Part shown: positions 12,466 through 21,980 of the stretch, in pieces | Layout: each line of letters begins with the position of its first letter | Numbering within the stretch: the first letter of the stretch is position 1 | DNA from: Calcarisporiella thermophila CBS 279.70 | Taxonomy: Eukaryota > Fungi > Calcarisporiellomycota | DNA length: 64,000 nt | Direction: 5' to 3' | NCBI RefSeq assembly: GCF_041956535.1 | Contig: NW_027192199.1 | Span: 696,068-760,067, forward strand | The notes under the pieces: generated by a model | What the model was told of the DNA's origin: nothing | Database searches by the model: none | The model's input: the letters and a program-made list of their open reading frames with translations, nothing else | Position numbers and translations under genes: made by a program

Positions 12466-14343
12466 TGTGCGTGGTTAGCAATGGGGGGAGAGGCTGGATG
12501 TGGAGAGAACACAGGGAAAAAGAGAAAAGGAAAATGGCGAAGAGAGCGGCGGAAATAGAGGAAAATAAGAGTGCTCACGCTTGGAAGATAAAAGGTGAAA
12601 ATTACATGTAATCCCAAAAAAATTCCTTTTTGGTGGCGACCGGAGCCCAAAAAAATAAAACAATGGAGTAAGAACAAATAATACGGAAATGGGATGGAAA
12701 TTGAGAGAATTATTAGCGCGGGAGAACGGCGGGCTCGGAGAACAGGGAGGATCTCAGCACGCAGAGGCCGCGAAGTCGAGAGAAGGAGAAGAGAAACAGA
12801 GGTGAGGAAGAGGAGGAAGAGACGCCGTTTTCAATGGGTTGCAGGTGGCCGTTGAGTTGGGAAAACTTTCTATTACGGCGGCCCGTTTCTCAAACGTCAT
12901 CCGGAGAGAATTAATAAGCAAGGTTTGGCCCCCCACAACTCGATCAACCTCGTCCGATTGAGCCGAGAGGAAGTCCGAATCTTTAATAAATAAACCACCA
13001 CTCTGCACCCCCCCGGCTCGCGTTATGCTAACAATAGAAATCGCACGTGCTCCCCCCCCTACTGTTTTGATCCGCGTAAAACAGCATAATCTTTTATCCC
13101 GAAAGCCACATTTTCTCACACCTTTCAGCTGCTCGGCAAAGGCAATAAGTGGTTTTATCCAGGGTTAAGCAGCGATGTCTAGACACACAATGGAGGGATA
13201 TCAATCGAGTTCCATTTCATGTTTCAAACTAGCTTCCTCATCCTGCAACTCTCGTATCCTTTTATTTTCCACGCTTCATTTTCCAAATGCTGATGGTGCA
13301 TTTGAAACCCGATCCTCGCCCCATTAAAAGCAATCAGTTACTCTGCCACTGTCACTCTCCATGAAACCCCCATATATTTTAGAAACTTTTCCCTACACCT
13401 TTTAAAGGTAACCCGGGCGCTTCCCCCTTGCCTCCTCGGCATGTCTCTAATAGTCTAGGTGAAACGCATCACTGAGCTGGGCGGGGATGAGCACCAATGA
13501 TCACCCCTCTCCTTCTCCATGACTTTACAAAAACTAATGCTGCAGGCCGCACTAGGCCTTCATTATTGACACAATCTTTAAGGGAGTGTCAACCTTTGTG
13601 AAGTTTTGAGTGGCCTTTTTTGGTTTTTTGAAAATATCGGCGAACTCCACTTCGATTTATATATAGGCCGAAGCTTTATCAATCAAATGGGGGGGGGGGG
13701 GGAGAGAGGAGAGGGATGCACAGTCATTATTTATGTGCGCAAAGGAGCTCTTGAGAATGAGCGAGGTTTCTTGTTTGGTTCTCGCGAGAGGCCAGTCTTT
13801 GCACTTTGTCTGACCTGACGGAAAAGAAGTGGTATCTGACTCATTCACTATACTGAGGTCGTAATCTAGATAAACAAATTCATCAAATCTTAGTCAGCCA
13901 TGACAAAAGAAGCTTAAAGAGGTATTAGAAATGGGAAGAGCACGTACGTTAAGCATGCGGAGCTTGTCTGCACAAAAAGGTAGATATTTCAAGCGCACAA
14001 TGGCTCTCGAATAACAGAGACCCATCTATACGCCTGCTAGTTGGCGTATTTTCGAAACATTCTTCCTATACCTATCTCTAGAGTGCATCATCCATCTGTA
14101 TGGCAGGGAAATGCTAGCGACACATTCTGAACCACTAGAGGTAAATGAGCCTGGCAAAGGCCACGTATTGTATTAAAAGTTGGCCAGTTGCTATTGTAAA
14201 AGGGGTTGCGCACTAAATTCCCCTTGGTTTGCCTATGCATTATCGAAGAGGGCTTCACAGTAACCAGCAAAAAACAGCGCTGAGATGTGTTGATAGCTAC
14301 CCGTTCTCCCCTTCCATCCCTCATACATCCAAAAAAGAACTCG

Positions 14344-14360
14344 CGCTCAAGGGTGGACTC

Positions 14361-14400
<40 letters not shown>

Positions 14401-14417
14401 AATTACGCCACTAGAGC
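14344..14417 (-). tRNA. tRNA-Asn(GTT)
   Basis: GCTCTAGTGGCGTAATTGGTTAGCGCGTTCGGCTGTTAACCGAAAGGTTGGTGGTTCGAGTCCACCCTTGAGCG folds as a cloverleaf; T-run terminator follows. Confidence 0.96.
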
Positions 14418-14503
14418 TACCGTTTTGTGTGACAGCTAAAATAATGGATTCAATATATACGTAAATATTTTCTTTATTTTTATTCATTTTGCTCGCAACG
14501 CCG

Positions 14504-14846
14504 GGGGGGAGGGTTAGTGTAGTGGACTATCCCTGGGATGCCGATGAGAACGGCGTGGGTTCGAATCCCACCTCCCCCACCAGCACTTACTCTTAGTTTG
14601 TGGCTGCTGTCCACTTGATCAGAAGCTGAGTCTTGATTATTGAAAAGATCGCCCTTACGATAAGTACAACGATTACATTGGTTTCACGTACATGCTATTC
14701 ACGACAACTACGATACACGCATATCGATTGAACGTCTATCGATCCAGGACCTATGTCTCGTTATGTTAAGTCCATTGACATAAACTTCATGTAATATATG
14801 GAAATTAAATAAAAGTTTCCATTGATTGATCAAAAAAAAAAAAAAA
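14504..14846 (+). mobile_element. tRNA-derived SINE, full length
   Basis: Perfect 16-bp TSD TTTGCTCGCAACGCCG (14488-14503 and 14847-14862); A box TAGTGTAGTGG 14515-14525; B box GGTTCGAATCC 14558-14568; AATAAA 14808-14813; A15 tail 14832-14846; no internal TTTT. Confidence 0.88.
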
Positions 14847-15366
14847 TTTGCTCGCAACGCCGTGAACGTCATCTTCGACGGTGCTGCCACCCTTCACTAG
14901 AAGTATCACACCGTTTAAAAAACCGTGTTCTGCAACCACAACTCGAATATGGGTGTCGTCAATGATAGCTCTGCTTACTGCTCCATATCAACGCTTTTAA
15001 ATTTCTCACCTATTCGCGCTTTAACCCTCCTTGCTCTATCATCAATGTTTAATGGATTTTACACCTTGGCATCAATGAACTTAGTTATTTTTTTTGAAAT
15101 TCTGCGATGGTTATAACACACAATACAATACATAGCCTTAGATATGTTACCTGACTAAAGGTTGATATTGACGTGCGGCTTCCCCACCTAAATAGTATTT
15201 TGTCCTTAGGAAATTGAATTGTTTTCATTAACGGGAGAGAGGTTAGGAAAAAGAGATAGTTCCGAGTATTTGGCCACAAAATGCTTTTACGCCTGCACAA
15301 TTCAGTAAAAAATTTAGTAAAAAAGCGTCGAGGATGGGGATATTATAATAATGACGTACATCAAGT

Positions 15367-16343
15367 TTAAGCAGAGAATTTCGATAGAATCTTATTTTCG
15401 CAAAGTGCTTGCTTGATTGCATATACTGTCTCTTCTGACACTCTATTACAGCTCAGATCAAGCTTCGTTAAAGTTGTATTCTCTCGAAGTGCTTGAGCAA
15501 TTGCTTTTCCTCCAGCAGCTGATATATGATTCCTTCCCAGCCAAAGCTCAGTCAGCGTCGTGTTCTCATGAAGTACCTGAGCTATTGCTGTTGCTCCTTC
15601 GTTCGATATTCTATTATCGTCCAAATTAAGCTGCGTCAAAGCTCCGTTTTCTCTAAGCACATGGGCAATTGTTTTTATTCCTTCGGCTGATATATCGTTA
15701 CCAGCCAGTCCAAGATACATCAAATTCGCGTTCGCCCGAAGTGCTCTGGCTATTGCTTTTGCCCCTTCAGCTGATATGCTATTAAAACTCAGTCCAAGCT
15801 GCACTAAATTTGTATTCTCTTGAAGTGCTTGGGCAATTGCCGTTATTCCTTCTTCTGATATACTATTAAATCTCAAATCAAGCTGCGTCAAACTTGTGTT
15901 TTTGTGAAATGCCTGAGTAATGCTTTTGCTCCTTCAGTTGATATGCTATTGCAACCCCGGCCAAGCTGCATCAAAATCCTATTCCCTTGAATTGCTTGGG
16001 CAATTGCTTTTCTTCATTCAGGTCAAACAGCGTCAATGTCATATTCTCCTGGAGTGCTTGAGCATTGATTTCCCTTCTTCAGCTGAAATCCTATTTTCGC
16101 TCAGATCAAGCTGCGTCAAAATAATATTCTCTCGAAGTAAATGCGCAATTAACTCTCCTAACGATTCAATATATGTCTTTCCTTAAATTTTTTTGGATTC
16201 ATTAATAACAGCTTTACCAATAGCTCAGCGCTCAGTACTTCATCAATATCTGAAACCGCGGGATCCATTTCTTCTCCACTAAATTGCGTTTTTATGGTGC
16301 TCTTGGAATATTTGTTGGGAAACTGAGGGCCTTCTCCCATCAT
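15367..16343 (-). pseudogene. Ribonuclease-inhibitor-type (NLRC3-like) LRR gene, 5' half disrupted
   Basis: About six 28-aa repeats (LTQLDLRFNSISEEGITAIAQALQENT) in 15367-15891; further repeats upstream are broken by frameshifts/stops (e.g. 1-nt loss near 15920, stop at 16158); intronless. Confidence 0.75.
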
Positions 16344-16839
16344 TATCTGAAAAATTTTTATATTGAAAAGGAGATAAAAAATGCGAAAGACACCCAGGTT
16401 TTTAAACGCAGTATCTACGACTTCAGAATTTCCATAATCTTGGTAATTTACTGAGCCTTATCTCCTAATTTACAAAAAGGGGAATGTTTGTCCATTTAAT
16501 ATGAGTTACATATATAGGTGAGTCATATAAAATCTTTATCGAGTCTGACTGGAGCTCGGTATGAACTGGGCTGTGGATGAATTTCTATTATAGCACAGAT
16601 TTTTACACTTTAAAACTAAAAAAATAAATTCAGTTTAAGTTTATTGAAATATTGGATAAAATAAATACCAGTGATATATTGGAACTTAAAGAGATTTATG
16701 CAACATACTCAGATGAAGGTAGCCGGTGTAATAATAAGAGAAATAATGCCTTGTAAGAAGCAGAAGCTTTTCCCTGTTGAATACCACCGAGCTCATTTAT
16801 ATTATCTACCGAGTAGAGAAATAGAAAGAAAAAAAATTA

Positions 16840-17430
16840 TTGGTACATTCCAATACCATCGCCGCTTTAACCGCTCATTCTTTCATCGCGCCCTGTTTCC
16901 ACCACCCGATCTCTTATCTTATTCGCACTCTCACAATTCGACTCCTATGACCCCCCTTGATATTAAATTTAGAACACTTGGAGAGAGACTTAGAGGAAGC
17001 TCGGGTGTTAACGAAGTGGAATGAGATCCTGATTTATTCGCCAGAGTACCGAGTCGAGTGTGATTTGTGTATATGCCCTACTGTTCGCGAAGATTCGGGA
17101 AAGTCTCCTAATATAAGGTTGCGAGCAGTAGCAGCTATTCTGGTATTGATACAGCTCTCTGTAAACTGCTACACTGCTGTAAGCTTTGAGCATTCGAAAA
17201 ACGTGCGACGAATTGTGTCTCTCAACTGGGTTATAATCCCAGACTAACTGCCCTCTGAACAGAGCACACTAGTGCCTCGATCCTGGCCAGAGGTTGTACC
17301 GACTACGCAGAATTGGGTAAAATGACCCAATAGCAACCAACTCTGGCGAAACGCAGCGCGCAACATTGCAACAACTTCGTTGAAACGTTGATCTATTTGT
17401 GCTTGGGTTCTGACGGACGTCTTTTCCACC
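16840..17430 (-). mobile_element. Degenerate L1/Tx1-like LINE ORF2 3' fragment with inverted 5' segment
   Basis: Minus strand reads TIRRTFFECSKLTAV*Q...ITLDSVLWRI (zf-RVT/C-terminal region); 17248-17430 reads LVPRSWPEV..NWVK on the plus strand, matching the LINE at 63.8 kb; left boundary approximate. Confidence 0.65.
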
Positions 17431-17446
17431 TGGAAGGATAAAAAGA

Positions 17447-17500
17447 TTTTTTTAGTAGGATCTTTATTAAAAAGTATCCTTTTTCGTTCTTAATAAAGTG
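17447..17500 (-). mobile_element. Very short non-LTR retroelement 3' end
   Basis: T7 run followed by a sequence resembling the 3' terminus of the LINE at 62764 (GGATACTTTTTAATAAAGATCCT vs GGATATTTTTCAATAAAGGTCCT). Confidence 0.5.
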
Positions 17501-17528
17501 ACTGGAGAAAGGAAAAATATCTCCCCAA

Positions 17529-17737
17529 TTTTTGTTTTTTTGGATCAATCAACTGGAACTTTTATTAGTTTGGGTGGAACTTGGATTTTGACAATTTATG
17601 TTAGCCCAGAGAGGGAGAGAAGAAAAGAAAGCAAAGAAACGCAAGGGGCTAAGAACATAGAGAAGGTGATAAACATGGAGTAAGGGAATAAAGGTTAGAT
17701 GTATATAGTGGTCGGGTATTTGGTGAGAGATATGAAG
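17529..17737 (-). mobile_element. 5'-truncated non-LTR retroelement 3' UTR
   Basis: Poly-T 17529-17541; AATAAA; terminus nearly identical to the SINE terminus; flanked by AAAAATATCTCCCCA / AAAAAAATCTCCCCA. Confidence 0.65.
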
Positions 17738-17752
17738 AAAAAAATCTCCCCA

Positions 17753-18380
17753 TTTTTTTTATCAATAATGAGTCTTTATTGTATGCAAAGACTCTAATGT
17801 ACAATAGTTACATTATTGAAAATAATTAAATGAAAGGGCGGCTAAGTATAGAGGCGGTATTGTGGTTGGGGTAAGTTGATGATAACGATTTTCAGCTCAG
17901 ATAGGTAGGTAAGTAGTAAAACTAAACTAGCTATGGATATCATATAGTGACTTTATAAGTGAGATGGAAGGTGGAAGAGGAGGAAAAGAAGGAGTGGAAG
18001 TAGGGGCTACTGTGTCAATCCAGTACTAGAACCGCTCTATTAGCTCCTACCTTAATCACGCCCAATTTGCACCACCTGCTTCGAAATTGTTCGATTTGTT
18101 GCTTTTTTCGGGCTCTAATTAGTTCGGCTCCTATAACCTCCTCTATATCCAGTTTGGCCCGGTTGACGATGGTTCCGGATGAGACTCGCATGTTTTCAAA
18201 ATGAAAGGCAATATGATCCCGATGGATTTGCCACAGTACCGAGTCGAAGATAATTTGCGCTGCGTGATTTGCTGTTCGCTAGGATTTAGATAGGTCTCCC
18301 AATATGAGGTTGCGAGAACTCGGTACCTGAGAATTCTGGAGGCCTATAATGGTGACGATACACCTCTCTGCCCACTGCAA
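17753..18380 (-). mobile_element. 5'-truncated L1/Tx1-like LINE fragment
   Basis: T8 run, AATAAA, 3' UTR, then degenerate ORF2 end (QWAERCI...RNLILGDL...QIIFDSVLWQIHRDH); similar to 17030-17170; 13/15 TSD at 17738-17752 and 18381-18395. Confidence 0.72.
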
Positions 18381-18713
18381 AAAAAAATCTCTTCAAAATC
18401 AAAAAAATTCATTTTTCTATTTTTTATTGTTTTTTCAATGGTACAAAAATGTTAGAATCTGCGTAGTACATGCGAGGATAGTTAAGATAATTACTGGTTT
18501 ATTAAACAAGAATACTATCTGGAACTTCGGATGTCTCCCTTTACTATAGCAGGAGTTCTGTTCAATATATACTAAAAGAATTACATTACAACGATTACTT
18601 AATAATGCTCCGATAATGCTCCGAAATAGCAGGGCTTGAGGGAATACGTGGCTTGGCTTGGTTGTTCTACTGCAGATATCTCGATACGATTCCGACAAAA
18701 AATGTCAATTCGG

Positions 18714-18730
18714 GCTCTAGTGGCGTAATT

Positions 18731-18770
<40 letters not shown>

Positions 18771-18787
18771 GAGTCCACCCTTGAGCG
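18714..18787 (+). tRNA. tRNA-Asn(GTT)
   Basis: Identical to the 14344-14417 copy in opposite orientation; downstream T-runs. Confidence 0.96.
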
Positions 18788-19327
18788 ATTTAATTTTTTT
18801 ATTTTTATTTTTTATCAATAATACTAAAATACTCCTTCAGATATTGCATATATTCAAATCCTCCCATGAAAGTAGAGATTTTTGTGCCATCCTAATATAT
18901 GTATATATGTGATTTTTTTGAAATGAATGGAAGGGTAGACTTTACGTTTAAATTAATCGTTTATACAGGAAATGACACCGGTTGCTCGCATATTTTGAGT
19001 TTTATCATAAGAATCATAATTAACTACTTTAATTTAACCGGTATGATATACATCGTGTTTTATTTGCTTTAATGATTATATTAGTTGTGAAATACATGGC
19101 AAGTTTTGCGGATTTTGGTATATCTTTAGATTTTGTAGTTAAAGTTTTTCCATAGCCTTCAGTGCCAAAATGACACTTATTTCACTTGACATATATCTTT
19201 TGTAATAATATATAGTAAAAAAAAAAAAAAGCGAAAGAAAAAGGAAAGGAACTCATTTTTGCAGCCAATATTGGGCTATTTTTTCCTGTGGTTTTGATGT
19301 AATAGGTTCAATCGATCTTGCTGTCAT

Positions 19328-20135
19328 NNNNNNNNNNNNNNNNNNNNNNNNNNNNNNNNNNNNNNNNNNNNNNNNNNNNNNNNNNNNNNNNNNNNNNNNN
19401 NNNNNNNNNNNNNNNNNNNNNNNNNNNNNNNNNNNNNNNNNNNNNNNNNNNNNNNNNNNNNNNNNNNNNNNNNNNNNNNNNNNNNNNNNNNNNNNNNNNN
19501 NNNNNNNNNNNNNNNNNNNNNNNNNNNNNNNNNNNNNNNNNNNNNNNNNNNNNNNNNNNNNNNNNNNNNNNNNNNNNNNNNNNNNNNNNNNNNNNNNNNN
19601 NNNNNNNNNNNNNNNNNNNNNNNNNNNNNNNNNNNNNNNNNNNNNNNNNNNNNNNNNNNNNNNNNNNNNNNNNNNNNNNNNNNNNNNNNNNNNNNNNNNN
19701 NNNNNNNNNNNNNNNNNNNNNNNNNNNNNNNNNNNNNNNNNNNNNNNNNNNNNNNNNNNNNNNNNNNNNNNNNNNNNNNNNNNNNNNNNNNNNNNNNNNN
19801 NNNNNNNNNNNNNNNNNNNNNNNNNNNNNNNNNNNNNNNNNNNNNNNNNNNNNNNNNNNNNNNNNNNNNNNNNNNNNNNNNNNNNNNNNNNNNNNNNNNN
19901 NNNNNNNNNNNNNNNNNNNNNNNNNNNNNNNNNNNNNNNNNNNNNNNNNNNNNNNNNNNNNNNNNNNNNNNNNNNNNNNNNNNNNNNNNNNNNNNNNNNN
20001 NNNNNNNNNNNNNNNNNNNNNNNNNNNNNNNNNNNNNNNNNNNNNNNNNNNNNNNNNNNNNNNNNNNNNNNNNNNNNNNNNNNNNNNNNNNNNNNNNNNN
20101 NNNNNNNNNNNNNNNNNNNNNNNNNNNNNNNNNNN
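19328..20135. other. Assembly gap (N run)
   Basis: Continuous Ns. Confidence 1.
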
Positions 20136-20153
20136 CAACAGTCAGTTCTCTCG

Positions 20154-20226
20154 GCCCAGCTAGCTCATCTGGGAGAGCGTTAGACTGAAGATCTAAAGGT
20201 ACCTGGTTCGATCCCGGGGTTGGGCA
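20154..20226 (+). tRNA. tRNA-Phe(GAA)
   Basis: GCCCAGCTAGCTCATCTGGGAGAGCGTTAGACTGAAGATCTAAAGGTACCTGGTTCGATCCCGGGGTTGGGCA folds as a cloverleaf. Confidence 0.93.
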
Positions 20227-20646
20227 TGTATATTTTCTTCGCTTTTTTGATAACTTGAACAATGAATGACAACCTTTGGTAGATAGATGCGGATATGGTT
20301 CAATAATAATTGGTTTGCGGAATAATTATAATTTTTTTTAAGTAAAATCAACAGAAAGTAGGAAAAAATTGGTACATCTCCACGTTTCCAAAAAAAAAAA
20401 GCCAGCCTCAATAATAAAAAATAAAAATAAAATATATAGCCCTGTTGAATCAAATTGAAAAAAAAAAGAAAAAAAAGTTAAGGGGGAGAAAAAGAAAAAG
20501 AAAAGAGAAGTGTGAGATAAAGAAAAGAAGTTCCTAGAAGAATTTTAATCATGTCAAAATCTTGAATATAATAGACAGGAAAATAATAAAAAGAATCTAA
20601 ATAAAATTTTGGAAATGTTAAGGTTTCGCTAAATAATCAATGCTTT

Positions 20647-21980
20647 TTAGTTTTGAGAAGGTCTGTCCACACCGCGACCCCGACCGCGGCCTCGATCTCC
20701 ACCCCTTCCTCGTCCGCTAAACGAATTGCCTCGGCCCCCTTCCCGGAATCCGCGTCTATCTTGTCCACGACCCCGGAAATCGCCAGAGCGGCGTTTGTCC
20801 TCGCCCTCTTCGTACCGGCGTCCGCGGTTCTGCCGTTGACCCTGCACAGTCTTGAATCCCTCATCTTCCGATGATGGTTGCTGCTGCTGCTGCTGCTGCT
20901 GCGGTTGCTGTTGGCGTGGCTGTGACTGCTGCTGCTGTGGTTGCGTGGGTTTTTGATCTTGGGCTGGCTGCTTCTGTTGTTGCTGTGAGGGCTGGGGTTT
21001 TTGTTGGGCTTGCTTGGCATCAGGGGGAGGTGCAGTTGTTCCCCGTGCCGTAGCCATGTTGTTACCCCACTGATTCACATTGCGGGCCGCAAGATTTGCC
21101 CATGTCTTAGGTGCAGGAGGAGCAGCAGGCTGCGTAGGTTGAGCAGGCTGGGCTGGTTTGACTTCCGCCACCGGAGCCTGAGCAGGGGCCTTTTGTTCTT
21201 CTGTCCCCTTCTCCTCCTGTTTGGACTCTTCCGCTTCCTTTTTCGGCTCGATCTCCTTCTCTTCCTCTTTCTTCTGCTCCGCCTCCTTCTCTTCCACCTC
21301 CTTCTCGTCATTTTTGGCGGGCGTTTCAACTACGGCGGTTGCAGGTTCGACTTCTTCCTTCTCGCGCTCGCCCTCAACTTTCTCCCACTCCTCGTCTCCT
21401 TCAATCACTTCCTCCTCCTCCTCTTCCTCCTCCTCTGCATCCTTCAAGTAGCGGAAGATATCGTTCAGCACATAATATCCATTCGGCTGCTCCGCAAGGA
21501 AGAAAGTCTGAGCGAATTTTTTATAAACCTCCCCGTCGTTCGACATCGTTCCAAGAACCTGAATAACAATACCGCCATTCGTCGAAGGCTGGCAATCGAC
21601 ATTGGAAACCCGTACCTTGCAGTTATTGAAGGATAGATCCTTGATTTTTGTTTGAATTTCCTATCAAAATAGAATCAGCCGTAGTGGTAGTGATTAGTGA
21701 TTTCCCCCTTGAGAGTGCATCATCTGCCACCTACTTGCTGTCCGTGGCATTGCTTCACCGACTCTCCCTCAATTCCTCGGATCATACTCGATTTCTTCGA
21801 GTAGAAGCAGTGGAGCCTCTCGGGCTCGCGATTGAGGAATGTGTAGTACTCGTGCACAAACATCCATCCAACCTCGAAGGGGAGGATTTTATCCTGAGTT
21901 TGGCCAGAGGAGGCACCATTGGGCGTGGACACGGCAGTAGCTGGGCCATTTACGTTTGCAGTTGCGGTTGTGGATGTCAT
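20647..21980 (-). CDS. G3BP/Nxt3/Bre5-like NTF2-domain protein
   Basis: NTF2 motifs VGWMFVHEYYTFLN...LHCFY and KFAQTFFLAEQPNGYYVLNDIFRYL; acidic region; PKTWANLAA; poly-Q; RGG tail; one intron. Confidence 0.88.

Noticed and set aside
13837-13843. TGACTCA Gcn4 site upstream of the bZIP gene (autoregulation)
   Set aside because: A single 7-mer more than 1 kb away; expected by chance.
14505-14582. Functional tRNA (tRNA-Sec or a bacterial-type tRNA-Leu with GAG in the 7-nt loop)
   Set aside because: No TCA anticodon, no proper anticodon arm in the canonical position, no terminator after it, and it lies inside a TSD/poly-A-bounded unit, so it is treated as a SINE head.
18400-18710. Additional old insertion directly upstream of tRNA-Asn (T-rich left end, CAAAAAAT(G)TCA at both sides)
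   Set aside because: The repeat is short and A-rich and no LINE homology is visible; not supportable by eye.
19308-20262. Long poly-X ORFs
   Set aside because: Artefacts of the N gap.
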